From the NCBI GenBank assembly GCA_043228905.1, contig JBHGNT010000014.1, forward strand, positions 12,028,001 through 12,092,000: a stretch of DNA of 64,000 bases, in the 5' to 3' direction. Positions 24,202 through 38,355 of the stretch are shown in pieces. Under the pieces are notes generated by a model. It worked only from the letters and a program-made list of their open reading frames with translations. It had not been told where the DNA came from and did not search any database. The stretch comes from Azolla caroliniana (taxonomy: Eukaryota; Plantae; Polypodiophyta). The translations under genes and the position numbers were made by a program. Positions within the stretch are counted from its first letter, which is position 1; each line of letters starts with the position of its first letter.

Positions 24202-27200
24202 TCAACCGGACCGATATGTTGTTATGCCCATCTGTTGCCGAAGAGACCGGAACCAGTTTGCCGAAAGACACTTGGTCATTCCATCTGCAACATTATCGGT
24301 TGTGGATATCTTCTCTAAACCGATTTTCCCGGAAATGACGCAGTCCCGAACAAAGTGATATCGAACTTCGATATGCTTGGAGGCGTTGTGATGAACCGGA
24401 TTTTTCGACAAAGCAATGGCACTCTGACTGTCGTTGTAGACAACTGGAGCCGAGTTGGAGTCGACTTGCCGAAACGTGTGCACCAGCCGATCGAGCCATA
24501 AGGCTTCTTTCGCTGCGTCGGAGGTAGCTACATATTCTGCTTCGGTTGTTGAGGTGGTTGTGCACTCCTGAAGTTTCGACTTCCACGAGATTGCTCCATT
24601 GCCGAATTTAAAGCAATATCCGGTTGTTGACTTGCGACTGTCCACACAGCCGGCCAAGTCCGAGTCGGTGTAACCGACTACGCCTGAAGTTGAGTTCGGA
24701 CCGAAAAGAATGTCGTGGTCTTTTGTGCCAGCTAAATATCTGAACACATGCTTGACTGCATTCCAGTGAGATCGGCCGGGATTGTGCATAAATCTGTTGA
24801 TGACTCCTACGGCGTGAGAAATATCAGGCCGTGTCGCGACCATCGTGTACATCAGAGAGCCTACTGCCGGTGTATACGGTACCGACTTCATGTCTTCCCC
24901 CTCCGGACCGGATGTCGGGCAGTCTCGCTGAGAAAGCCGAAGATGAATGGGGAGCGGGGTCGAAGCAGTCTTGGCTGATTGCATGTTGAAGCGTTCCAAG
25001 ACACGTTCGATGTAGTTGGTTTGAGACAGAAAAAGCTGTCTTTTGGCACGATTCCGACTAATCTTCATTTTGAGTATGTGTCTTGTCGGACCGAGGTCCT
25101 TCATGGCAAACTTCAATCGTAGTTTCCGAACAAGTTCGGTGAGCTCTCCGGTATGCCGACCGGAGAGTAGAATGTCGTCCATGTAGATGATGAGGAAGAC
25201 GGGAGAACCGTCTTGAGCTGTTTTGGTGAAGAGGCAGTGGTCCTCATCGCTCTTGGAGAAGCCGACTGACTAGATGAAATCGTCGAACTTCTTGTACCAT
25301 TGTCGGGGTGCCTGTTTCAAGCCGTAAAGACTCTTCCTGAGTTGGCAGACTAGATGTTCCTGACCGGTGGCCAAAAAGCCTTTCGGCTGCTCCATGCAGA
25401 TTTCCTCCTTTAGATCACCGTGGAGGAATGTTGTTTTCACATCTAGCTGAATCAGCTCCAGATTGTCGACGGCCACAACACCGAGCATGAAACGAAGGGT
25501 TGTCATTTTCACCACTGGTGAAAAAATTTCGTCGAAGTCGACGCCATATTCCTGTCGAAATCCCTTCGCAACTAATTTGGCCTTGTACTTTGGGGTGGTT
25601 GAGTCAGACGTCTCCTTTAGTCTATAGACCCACTTGCAAGGGAGAGCACGTCAATTCTTCGGTAAGTCGACCAGATCCCAAGTCTTGTTGGCGTGGATGG
25701 AGTGCATTTCCGACTCCATTGCCAGATGCCAGGTGGCTGAATCGGCAGCTATCGATGCTTCTTTGTAGGACGTTGGTTCGCCAGCGTCGGTGAAGAAAAT
25801 TCTGGGAGAGTACCTCTCCGGAGGTTGCGATAGTCTCTCGGATCTTCGAGGTATGACTGGACTAGTCGCACCGGGTGTCGATGTCAAATGGTCGGGAGCC
25901 GAGCCATTCGGCTGTGCCGAATCTGTGGATTTGGTGCGAGAGAAGTCGGTTACCCGTGAAACCGGTCTCGTGTTGTGTGTTGGGCCGTCATGAAGGGTTG
26001 GCACTTTGGAAAATATTACCCTTCAGACTTCAATAGGCCTTTCGGCTGTTTTGTGCATAGTCGACTCGTTGAACACGACGTCCGAACTTCGGACGATTTG
26101 CCTGTGCTCGGGGTCCCAGAGTCGGTATCCGATCTCGTCGTCGGGTCCGTACCTGAGAAAAACGCATTTCCTTGATCTTGGTTCGAGTTTTCGGCAGTTG
26201 TCTTTCGGTATGAGGGCATATGCCTCGCAACCGAAAATCCTCAGCTTATCATAATTCGGCTTTCTCCCGGTCCAGATTTCCTGAGGTATCTTAAGTCCTA
26301 AAGGTCTACTTGGCAACATATTGATTATGTGTACTGCTGTGAGTAGAGCCTCTGCCCAGAAGCCATCCAATAGTCCGGAGTGTTGGAGCATGGATACAAC
26401 GCGTTCTTGAATCGTCTGATTCATGTGTTTTGCGATTCCGTTCTGCTCTGGACTATATGGTGCCGTATATTCACGTCTAATGCTGCGTTCTCGGCAAAAT
26501 TTGACGAATTCATCAGATTTGAACTCACCTCCATTGTCGGTTCGGAGACACTTCAGTTTCCGACCAGTCTGGTTTTCGACCATTGTGAGCCAATCTGAGA
26601 AGATCAAGAATACCCGAACTTTGGTTCTGATGGGGTAAGCCCACACCTTCCGAGTCGATTCTTCAATGAAACTGACGAAGTACGAGGCACCACCGAGTGA
26701 CTAATGTGGCATCGGGCCATAGACGTCCGAGTGGATCAAATCGAGCGGGCTCGACTCTCTTGGTGCTGATGTCGGGTGTGATGCGGCTACCTGTTTGCCG
26801 TACTGGCAATGCTTGCAAAACTGATGGTCCGAGAAGGAGAGTTTCGGGATGTATCCGGCTCTGGATAGGTGCGTGATGCCGGTCTTGCTGAGGTGTCCAA
26901 GTCCTCCATGCCATAAGGATGACACAGGGATATCTGCCAAAAATAAGTCACCCTCTCTGAGTGTGACATACCAAGGGTACAATGAGTGTACCTTTGGTCA
27001 TCTAGCAAGCAGGAGGTTCCCTCTGTGGAGTGTCCACCCTCCTGATGAGAAACCAGCATGGATGCCAGCTTCATCAAGTTGTCCGACTGAGATCAAGGGT
27101 CGTGAGAGCTCAGGAACGTGTCGGATGTTGTGTAGTACGAGTGTAGAGCCACCCGGAAGGTTGAGCTCTACGTTGCCGATTCCGATGATAGCACAGTGCT

Positions 27201-28227
27201 GCGAATTTCCGACTCGAACTGAGTCGGAGTGCCGGTCTGAATATTGCCGAAACTGTGATTGGTGAGGTGTCACGTGATACGATGCGCCCGAGTCCAGAAG
27301 CCATGTGCTCGATTCCTCAGTCGTAAGCAGAACTTCTGATTCGACTGGATTCTCTATGGACAATATGTTCGGGTCGGTCGTCAATATCTCGGCTGAAGAG
27401 CCGACGTAGTTTACTTGCTCATGCCGTTTACTCCTCTGATCAGCTCTCTGAGTTTTGTCTGTCTTTGACTTGAGTACCTGATAGTCGGCCTTGATGTGTC
27501 CCGGTTTCTTGCAGTAGTTGCAGATTCGGGTTTCCCGGGACTTGTTGCGGCTTCGCTGATTTCTTGGCGGTCGGGAAGAACTTCTTCCCCGGTTGTTCGA
27601 TCGGTCGGTCGAACCTTGTACTACATAGGCTTCTTCTGCTGAGTCTTTGGTGAAAGACTTTCTCCGAGCTGCTTCAGTCAGGATTGCACTTGTGACTTCG
27701 GAGTACTTGATGGCAGTCGTAGAAGCGTTGCACACAGTTATAACAAAGGTTTCCCAAGAGGAGGGGAGATTGCTCATGAGTATCATTGCTCTGAGTTCAT
27801 CCTCGATTGTCGTCCCCTGTGACGAGATTTGGGAGCTCAAACTTTCGTACTCGTTAAGGTGTGCCTAAACCGAATCAGAGTCTTTCATCCGCAAGTTGTA
27901 GAGGCGCTGGATCAAATACATCTTCGTTGAGACGACCTTCTTTTCGTAGGTTTCCGATAGCTTCTTCCAAAGTTCGAAGGCTGTCGTGCACGATTGCACT
28001 GTGAAGTACACTGACTCCGACAGGTGCATCCGGATCGTGGCGCAGACGATTCTGTCCAGCTTCTGCCACTCATTTGCCTTGTATATCTCTGGAGCAGTTT
28101 CATTCTCAATCGGATCGATCTGACCCTTGACTATAAGATAGTCCTGCATTTGCTCCTTCCAAAAATTGAAGTTTCAACCGTCGAACCTCCTTAGACTCAT
28201 TTCCAATGAGCCGGATGTTGATGCCAT
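24202..28227 (-). pseudogene. Degenerate gag-pol of G
   Basis: ORF fragments collinear with the F polyprotein, broken by stops and frameshifts. Confidence 0.92.
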
Positions 28228-29533
28228 CAGAATCGGTTTCGGTTGACGAAGCTCGGTTCGGAGTTGACTACGAACCTTGTTGGAGTGCAGCCGGTCGGCT
28301 CACCTAATATCGTTCTAGTCGGATTTGAACCCGAGTCGGTTCGGCTTCGGATATATGTATTGTTGAGCTTGCTCAAATTGACTCCGGTAACTTGACGGAC
28401 AGAACCGACTGGTCTTCCCGAATGTTGCCGAGTCGGAGTGAGCCCGGTTCGCTTCCGAATATATATGCCAAATGCCGATTATTGAAACTGATTATCTTGA
28501 CCGATTCTGCTTCGGGTGACTACAACGACGAGAGAGACGGATCCAATTGATCCTCCCGAATGTCAATCAGTCGGATGAAGCACGAATTGGGGTTGTTGTC
28601 TTGAGACCGATCTGCACCGAGTGGTTACAACGAGCAGCGAGCAACGTTCAGTGACCTGTTTGGATGCCATTTAACCGAGTGGAGCACGATCGTGTCAGTG
28701 TTGCACAAGGGGATTTCACCTCGAGTGGTTACGATCACGAGGAACAAGGTACAGCCGGCTGGCTTACTTTAAGCGAAGATGATCTAACGTTGTCGTAGTG
28801 TATTCCACACACTACGTGAAAACCATAAAATAATATATCCGATTTTAGATACATATAAATAAATAAATAATATATCAAAATATTTATCACGTGCATAGGG
28901 CAAGATTCAAACCCTGCACCTCCACGTAAATAAACCTCAACTTTACCATTGTAATAACTTATCTTTAGTGTTATATAGATAGATTTAATACGTATAAGAC
29001 CTTTATTTACACATACCTTTATTAAAAGGTAAAAATCATGTATTCTTTAGGGTGTGAATATTTTATTTACACGTGACATTAAAAGTGACTCATGCACATC
29101 TAGCGTGCATGAGCCCTATACTTAGGAAATGACAAAGCATCACATGCACATTTAGTGTGCATGGACATTTTTGGTGAAAAAGCATGAAGCCATGCTTAGC
29201 CTCTTCCATCTTTATATAAGGAGGAGAGAAATATGTATAAGGTTGTTGATTAATATACAAGGATTGATCAATCTAATATATTCGTGGGATTCACGAATTT
29301 TGCCATCTAAATTACTCTTATAATCTAAATATTGTTTTAAATACACTAAACTCGTGGGATTCACGAGATTGCTATCTTACTTCTCTTTCTACTATTCATA
29401 ACTAGCCTTAAGTTGTATTCCTCTTCCTCCTAGTCCAAAACCTTGGCGGTTCCCACCCGACTCACGCAACGATCCGGAGCCGAAAGGCACGACACAGTTG
29501 GTGAACCCAACGTGAAAACCGGGTGGCAAGGAG

Positions 29534-30852
29534 ATGGAAAATCAACCGGAGGCTAGCAACATGATGATGATGTTCGAGCGCATGCTACAAGAACAACGCG
29601 CGATGTCGGAGATAGCGGCATCAGTGGAGCGGCTCGTGCAACGAAACGGGCAATTCAACGGGAAAGACGTGTCGCGGTATCTTCGGGACTACAAGGCGGA
29701 GATGCTACGGTGCGGAATATCGGAAGGATTGCAAGTGACGTCCTTCAACCGGGTGGCGACCGACGGGTTTCAAGCAAGCATCCATGGGCTACGACAACAA
29801 AATCCGACATGGGAGGCGTTTGAAGAAGAGCTAAAGAGGACGTTCGCCATCGAGGATTCCTCCAAGGCGATGCGAAGGGGATTCGAAGATTGGGTGGAGA
29901 CGCCGGACAAGCGATTGAAGGTCGTTGATGTGTTTTCATCATTCAAAAGCCGGTTCGGGAGGTTGTCCGCGAGAGATCAAGCTATCCTCGTACCGGACAA
30001 GGTGATCATGTTCTTGCGAGCCGTGGACATCCGGGACTGGAAAGATCTCGGAGTGCTCTTGGAGGACACGACCACGGAGAGTGGCCTCACCGAAACATGG
30101 GAAAGCGTGCGGGATATTGTCGTGCAATACACGAAGAGGGGGCAATGGCTTGCCAACGAGGAAAAGAGGGTTTCGGAACTGATTCCGAAACCGAGAACCG
30201 GATTGGAAGACCATCAACCGAGGCCTCGGGAGACTACAACCGAGAAGGGGATTGATGCATCTACGGTGGAGCAACTATTGAAGGAGATGGAGAATCTGAA
30301 GATCGCGATGGTGAAGACGTCGGATGACCGCCCCACAAGCTCCAAGTATACGGACCGACGGTGCATATGGTGCGATAGCGCCGAACACGATCGGAGGGAT
30401 TGCGACGAGCATAAGGAGGCGTTACGGCGGGATCTCATCTACTACGAGGGAAACCGGATTCATTCGATGGACTCTCGGAAGCCACTCCGATCGAACTTCC
30501 GGAAAGGCGGCATGAAGAAGGTGCTCGAGGAGGAATTGGCGGCAAGAAGCAACTATGCGACAACCGCGGGAATATGTGTCGGGGAGTCAACGAGAGCAAA
30601 GACGTCTTTTTGGCCGGAAGTTCTAGAAAACACCGAGAAAACCGACTCCAACGAGATCCGAAGCACCGCGGAAGGCGTCTGGGAAGCTATGGGATGGGAG
30701 TGCCCTGTCGACAAGAATAGCATATACGCCCTGTGTCAATTTCATAAGGTGTATGTGGACGAGAAGCAACGACGCACAGAGGATGCGGCCGGGCCATCGA
30801 AGATACCGGAAGGCTGGAACACCAAAGGTAAGGGAAAAGAAAAGGCGACTCC
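29534..30852 (+). pseudogene. Gag of E (3'-truncated)
   Basis: Homologous to C Gag (GQFNGKDVSRYL vs GRFSGKDATKYL; CIWCDSAEHDRRDC). Confidence 0.88.
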
Positions 30853-33830
30853 AACGGCAAAGCGTTTGCATTTACATCAAGGGAGATAGGGTGCGTCGAT
30901 CTGAGAATAGTGGAGCCGATGGTGATCTTCACGATTGACCATGTACCGTGGAACCTGAAGCCGATTCCGGTGCCACGAGCGCATATTCCAAAAGTCATTG
31001 ACTTGCTCAAGGAGAAGGTGGCGATGGGGATTCTAGAGCCATCAACTGCTCCGTACTCAAATCGATGGTTTACGGTTCCGAAGAAGAATGGGTCACTCCG
31101 ATTTATCCAAGACTTGCAACCAGTGAATAAGGTCACGATCCGGAACTCGGGAGTCGGTCCGATAGTGGACGAATTTGCGGAAGCTTTTGCCGGTTGTGCG
31201 ATATACTCCATCGGAGACCTATACTCGGGGTATGACCAATTCCAACTAGCCGTGGAGAGCCGAGACATCACAACCATGCAAACACTGATAGGATTAGTCT
31301 GAATGTGCACACTACCACAAGGAGCGACAAACTCGGTTGCTCATATGATGAACGCGATGAACAAGGTGCTTCGAGACTGCATTCCGGAGATAACGATGTC
31401 GTTCCTCGATGACATTCCGATGAAAGGATGCGTGGTAGAAGAAAAAGATGAGACTATGGATGATCGGGGATGCCGAAAGTTCGTGGTCGACCATATTCAT
31501 GATTGCGAGAAAGTGTTGCGAAAGCTAGAAGATGTGCACCTAACACTTTCCGGGGAGAAATCGGCATTTGGGCAAGAAGAAATATTGGTGGTCAGACATC
31601 TATGTGGGCCCTACAGCCGAAGACCGTCACCAACAAAGATCGATGCGATTCAAGCTATGGAGGAAGTATGCGAGTCAACATCCGAAGTCCGAAGGTTTCT
31701 CGGTGCATGTGCATTCTATCACATATGGATTCCGCACTATGCACATATAGCAGACCCGCTCTACCACTTGTTGCGGAAAGGTAAGAAATTCGAATGGAAA
31801 CCGGAACACACCAAAGCCATGAAGAAATTGAAGAAGACACTTCGGAGGGCGGAAGCACTTAAGAAGCCGAGCTACAACCGACTGATCATAGTAACGGTTG
31901 ATACAAGTCCAACCGGTATCGGGTGGGTCATCAATCAAGCCAACTCGGATGGTTCGCGGTATCCGATCCGATTCGGAGCAAAGGTTCTCAACGAAAGGCA
32001 ACGTGGATATGCACAAGTCAAAAGAGAACTGTGGGGAGTCGTGTCGGCGATAAAATCGGATCGGGATTATTTGATTGGAGCCGAAGTGGTGATCGAGACG
32101 GATTGTCTTCCGATACTCGGGATGATGCGGTGTTGTACGATACCGGATGTAGCTATGCTAAGGTGGGTTGCATATGTCAAGTTGCTTAATCCGGAGGTTC
32201 GACACATCTCGGGGAAGGACAACGCGGTAGCGGATATGTTATCAAGGGCTCGGTTCGGAGACGACATAACCGAATCGGATAATGAAGAAGTTTCCGAAGA
32301 CTACTTCGTGTCGGAGCACATATGCCGAGTGAACGTAATCCGAGAATTCCAGGAAGAAGAATACGAGGGAGAAAGCTTGATGATCGGAAAGATGTTACAA
32401 GAGGCCGAGGATTCAACAAACGATAAAGGAAGAAGAGCCAAGATCCGAAGGAAGAAGAGGCAAGTCCAAAAGTTCTTCTTGGAAAACGGATTAATATGGA
32501 GGGCGCCGAAAAGACCGGATGGTATACCACTTCGAGTAGTCGGGACAAAAGAGCAACGAAACCGGATAATGTCCTAGTTTCACGAATCCGATTGGGCTGG
32601 ACACCGAGGAACATGGGCAACATTTGTGAAGATCAAGCAAAAATATTGGTGGAAGAAAATGTACAAAGATGTCGCAGAGTTCACGGAAAGCTGCGAGAAA
32701 TGTCAAGTCTACTCCGGGGTTCGACATCGAGATGAGTTACATCCGACATTCTCACCGACAATCAACTTCAAGTGGATGGTCGACATAGTGGCCATGCCGA
32801 CCGGGATCGGACAAAAGAAATACTTGGTATTAGCTCGGGAAGATCTCACGAATCAAGTAGAAGGTCGAGCGCTTCAGAGGAAAACGTGTTCCGCGGTATG
32901 CCAATTTCTTTTGGAGGAAGTATTTTGCAGGTACGGGTGCGTAGGACAAGTGATTGCGGACCGGGGAGAACTCGACTCGGACAAAGCTAGGGGATTCTTC
33001 GCCAAACACGGAGTTCGGTTAACGCTGACAACGGCATACAATCCGGAGGCCAACGGGAAAATCGAACGAGGTCATAGTCCGATCGTGAAAGCACTTGCGA
33101 AGGCATGCGATGGAAAGGTGAAGGACTGGCCGCAGATGCTTCCGTATGCACTATGGGCGGATCGGACGATGCATAGCTCCGTAACCGGTTAAATGCCGGC
33201 AGAACTCATGACCGGACAAGCACCGGTAATGCCGACGGAAACCGCGATCGCAACATGGACAGTGCTACCGTGGAAGGAAGAGATGAGCCGGGAAGAACTA
33301 CTAACGGTCCGGATACAACAACTAGAGGGAAGACTGGCAGACATAGCGGAAGCAATACGCCGACAACAAAAAGCACGGTTCCGGAACAAAAGCCGGTTCG
33401 ACACAAAACACCGACTACGACCGAGGAGGATTGAAGAAGGAGATTGGGTGATCGTCTATGACAGTAGTTTGGACCATCAACATACAATGATGCAGAAATT
33501 CGCAAAAAGGTGGTTCGGGCCATACGAGGTTCGGAAAGTCTTCGACAATGGAATGTACCGACTGTCCGAGTTGGATGGAACAATACTACGAGTGCCTATA
33601 GCCGGGAAGCGGGTGACGATTTTCAAGAAGCGGACCGATGACAAACCCTATGTGATCCAAGCCAAGGCCGACAACAAGAAGCAATCGGACGAAGACCACG
33701 GTGATGCGGGAAGCGAAGAAAGTGAATTACAACTCATAGTCGACATAAGGGGAGAATTGGAGGAAGCTTTGGGTGAAGATGGATCTGAGGAATCAAGAAC
33801 TTCGGCACATACCGGAGGATGTGCGGGTTC
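30853..33830 (+). pseudogene. RT-RNase H-integrase of E
   Basis: KKNGSLRFIQDLQPVN, FLDDIPMKG, TVDTSPTG, ADRGE, WFGPY; stops near 31300, 32575 and 33190. Confidence 0.9.
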
Positions 33831-35317
33831 GGAGGGGGCGAGTGTCGTAGTGTATTCCACACACTACGTGAAAACCATAAAATAATATATCCGATTTTAG
33901 ATACATATAAATAAATAAATAATATATCAAAATATTTATCACGTGCATAGGGCAAGATTCAAACCCTGCACCTCCACGTAGATAAACCTCAACTTTACCA
34001 TTGTAATAACTTATCTTTAGTGTTATATAGATAGATTTAATACGTATAAGACCTTTATTTACACATACCTTTATTAAAAGGTAAAAATCATGTATTCTTT
34101 AGGGTGTGAATATTTTATTTACACGTGACATTAAAAGTGACTCATGCACATCTAGCGTGCATGAGCCCTATACTTAGGAAATGACAAAGCATCACATGCA
34201 CATTTAGTGTGCATGGACACTTTTGGTGAAAAAGCATGAAGCCATGCTTAGCCTCTTCCATCTTTATATAAGGAGGAGAGAAATATGTATAAGGTTGTTG
34301 ATTAATATACAAGGATTGATCAATCTAATATATTCGTGGGATTCACGAATTTTGCCATCTAAATTACTCTTATAATCTAAATATTGTTTTAAATACACTA
34401 AACTCGTGGGATTCACGAGATTGCTATCTTACTTCTCTTTCTACTATTCATAACTAGCCTTAAGTTGTATTCCTCTTCCTCCTAGTCCAAAACCTTGGCG
34501 GTTCCCACCCGACTCACGCAACGATCCGGAGCCGAAAGGCACGACAACGCGATGAGATGCAAGACTCGTTTTTCTTCTTCTTCTCTCTTCTCTGTTTCTT
34601 CAAATACAAAACAAAAACCAAAATGTTGTGATCCAAAGATTCGAATGGCGGCCGGCAGCGGGATGAAGGACATCCAAGCTCTGATACCAAATGTAGGGAA
34701 TGAACAAGGCCGTCAGTGGGATGAAATCACACAATATGAATCTGTGAGGAAGAGATACCTGCGTATGAGAGAGAGAGAGAGAGAGGCACGAAGAATATAT
34801 CTATATTCATAAAGGGGCAACCGTTACAACAATGAACAACCAAAAAACTTTACAAAAGGTTACAAAGTCACTTTATATAGTGACTCACTTAGGGCAACTG
34901 CCCTTTATGTTATTTACAGAAATAGCCCGAACTTGGGCTCTCTAAGAGGATAGTGTGAATACGTCCATTATACATTTGTATTCGACATAGACTAGCACTC
35001 CTGGGACGCGTGGCCATAATACCTTATTATGGCAGCCACGACTAGGAATCTGAAAGATCTTCTCCCTGAACAAAACCCTAGACAGTCTCATAAAAGAAAC
35101 TACCCCACACACAACGCGCCCCCCACTCAAACGCGTTCTTGCCTTCACCGTCTCAAGCTTTGCAGCTCTATCTCGTTCTAATCACCCCTGCGTACGGACT
35201 CCTACCTCTCGCCCTCGTTGCCCTTGCACGAACCATCAGCATTCCCCCAACTCTCTGTCTCGCCGTCGTCTCATCGCTTCCCCCCACGCTTCTTGCCAGC
35301 AAACCTCCGCACCCACC

Positions 35318-38300
35318 ATGCCTCTCTCCGCATCACAAGAAACCCGTTCTTGGCTACAACAACGGGGACTGGGTGGGTACTTGCGGGTCATCGACGTCCC
35401 AGCGCACCCTGAAGCCCCAACGATAGCATGCAGAATACACCTTGACACAGTATCCAACAACATGATTCGCGCGGCTCTTAGCCTTGCGCGGGGCGGAGAC
35501 AATGAGGTTGAAATCCCTCCCCACTCGATCATTAAGGAATATTTTGGGATGTATTCAATGACGGGTAAAGCTTACCGCACGTACGGAGGGCCAAACAAAG
35601 CTTTTGGGGAAATCGCTCGGATTTGAATGGAATACGCCTTTGTGCATACCAATCCCACGAGTATGCCACAAAACAAAGCTGCTATCATCATCCAGGCGTA
35701 TGAAGGCGACAAAATCGATTGGGGAATCATCACCGGCAAAGGAGTCTGTGCGGTGCTCGAATCCTCCCAAACCGGTAAGCGTTTGTTGCCTGTGATCAAT
35801 CACTTCCTCACAGTCCTCTACCCACCCCCTTCGGTTTCCCCTGTCGCATCCTGACCTCTCCACCACCACCAAGGAAACAATGGGAGAAGATTTTGGCGAT
35901 AACCCAGGAAGAATGGGAAGACCCCTCGCCTTCTCCACCCCCCTCAGGCGTTCAGAACCCCACTTCTGCCTCGGCACCACCCCCACCAAAAACACAGAAA
36001 CAACGGGCGGTAACAACGACCTGTGTTGAATGGGACAAGGCCAAGGAGCCCATCCCCGAGGATGTCACCATACGCCAGAAACCATCAAGGACATCAATGA
36101 CCTCTCCACAACCGAGCCCACGGCCCACAAGCCAGCAGCCCTTGGCCATCTGGCAGCAAAAGAGGAAACAGGCGGAGGAGCCAACACCACCGGCCCCAAA
36201 TGCACAGGATCAGCCGCCAAAAAGACGCCGCATCATTCGAGAGGCAACCACAGAAACCGAGGGCGACCATCATCAGAAATCAAAAGAGGACAGCCCAACC
36301 TCCACGGCCATGGTACCAGCGGAGTCATGGCTCCAAGTCGGTAGGATCGAGCATGGACAAACCACGCAGATATCAGAGGAGGAAGTCCTCGGTTACAAAG
36401 ATCTCCCCGCGGAGGCATACGAGTTCAATGCACTACTTTGACTGGGCACAACATATGAGTTAATGGATTTCCTCGCGCGCGCCCAAGTAGTTGCCGCCGC
36501 TCGTATGGCCGAGGAGCACGCAGAAACAAAGATGATTAAACGCACTCTAATAGGTGAAATCGAACCTCATGAGGATCGAGCCTTACAGAAGATAGGACGG
36601 AAGAAGCAAGCACAAAATGCTTCCCTCCTCATGGAACTACCAGATCTGAACATGGCCTTAGTCAAGGCATATCGTAATCTGCACCACACTACTCGGGAGC
36701 CAAGGACATGGCCCGACGTATCAAAACGGCGCATCAGCAAGCCAAATGGGCTACCGAGCTATGGCAAGACGCTGATGAGAAACTGGCGACATTCCAGAAG
36801 CAACATCCAAAATAGTTGCCCTTAAGCCTCCCTGCGCCGAGTGACGCTGTCTCACCAGCTACTCTTCCGAACTCGAGCCCAAGTGCGGAAGGTACCAAAG
36901 CACACAAAGACGACACCGCCCACCCCAGGGTAGCCACGGTCGATGCCAACACAATGACAGACTTGGTACAGACAAGCGAGCCATCATCACGGGCAGATAT
37001 CAGCCCGCAACCCCAAACCTGCCAAGCCTCCACGCAAACGCCAACACCCCTGGTCGTTATGGAACAATCTACACAGACAGATAGGGAACCCCTCTCCCCG
37101 AATCCAGCAAGCGGCAACCTAGACATGGCCTCCCCTTCGGGACTACCAGGAGGAGCTAAAGGCCCAGATCGCTCTGGTCTTGTTGGCAGAACAGAACCAC
37201 CACAACAGTCTTGGCCAGCTATGGGAACAAGCCACAAGCCACGAAGCTGACCTCAAGCGCCTGCTTTCTGAAAGGTCGGCCGCACTCGAAGAACGCGAAA
37301 GGGAGGTGATGACCCTTCAGGTCTCTATCAGTGAGGCCAAAGAATGTTTCATCAAAGAAGCAGAGCGGAATAGCCAACGGGAACAAGAGCTATTCGCAGA
37401 CAACTAGGAATTACGACGTCATCAAAGGGCCTTACAAGACATGGCCAACGAACATATGCAGAAGTGGAGGATCTCGGAAGAGCAAAGGGAAAAAATTTCC
37501 GAAGCGTATCACCAGTTGCAAACCGAGCACATCACCGCTAGAGAACAACATCGGGACGCTTGGCGGCAGGACATGGACGAAACTGTAGCTCAGCTCACCA
37601 CACGTTATGAGCAGACAATCACGCTCATCACCGAAAAAGCTAAAGATAATCAAGCTACTTTAGCACTCCTTGTCCGCAAAAGCCAAGCAGAAGCCAAGGC
37701 TGCAAGGGAGGCAATGGAAGTTCACCGCGCTAGCATCGGCATGGACGATACTAAAATCAAGATCCTAATCAACAAGTATCGCCAACAATTCACCACGAAG
37801 ATCAAAGACACACTTGACCATGTCTAGCAGGGGTGGTTAGCCCAAGCCGTGGACCTACACATACTACGCGCGGATGCCGAGAACTGACGAAAGGAGGGCC
37901 AAGGGTTTTACAAGATGGATGATACCAGCATCCAGACCCTCCGTGAAGACTTAATTGAGAAATATCATACCTTGGCAGCATCCCACACCGCGGCCATCGA
38001 GCAACTTTTAGAGGAATTCACACCGGTTGTGGGTGTTTCTCTTAGAAGCCGAAGCGTACGAGGAGGAACGACTCGCTACTGGGATTAACAGAGCTCCCAC
38101 AACCGAGCAAGGACCTGAGCCACCCGCCACGGCAGCTAGACCGGAGGAACCTGCCCCTACAGACCTCGACATCCCACCTGAGCCACAAACTATAACCACG
38201 ACCCTACATGAATCGGTTTGAACAAAGGAAGGCACACACGACAACACCGCCATTCCCAACTCGGCAACAAAACCTCCATCACCAACCCCACCTTCCGAGC

Positions 38301-38355
38301 AGCCAGACCAACCCATGCCCCCGAGGATATCCTCGGCATATTGGAAGAGGAATAA
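35318..38355 (+). pseudogene. Extra ORF (ORF3) of element B, degenerate, about 1000 codons
   Basis: Fragments 35318-35626, 35627-35854, 35893-36441, 36463-36825, 37180-37827 and 38027-38355. N- and C-terminal blocks align to ORF3 of D. Confidence 0.8.

Larger units (their letters stand above)
28791..34546 (+). mobile_element. Ty3/gypsy element E (tRNA-Trp primed, same lineage as C), protease region deleted
   Basis: 704-bp LTRs 28791-29494 and 33843-34546 (about 2 differences); 4-bp TSD ACGT/ACGC; PBS TGGTGAACCCAACGTGA 29499-29515; PPT GGAGGGGGCGAG 33831-33842. Confidence 0.96.
23713..34987 (-). mobile_element. Ty1/copia element G (relative of F), interrupted by E
   Basis: LTRs 23713-24006 and 34692-34987; TSD CAGAC/TAGAC; Met PBS 34678-34689; PPT from 24007. 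Confidence 0.95.

Noticed and set aside
29478-29494. GCCGAAAGGC as hammerhead stem II (retrozyme)
   Set aside because: No upstream CTGANGA or downstream GAAA; kept only as a terminal hairpin.
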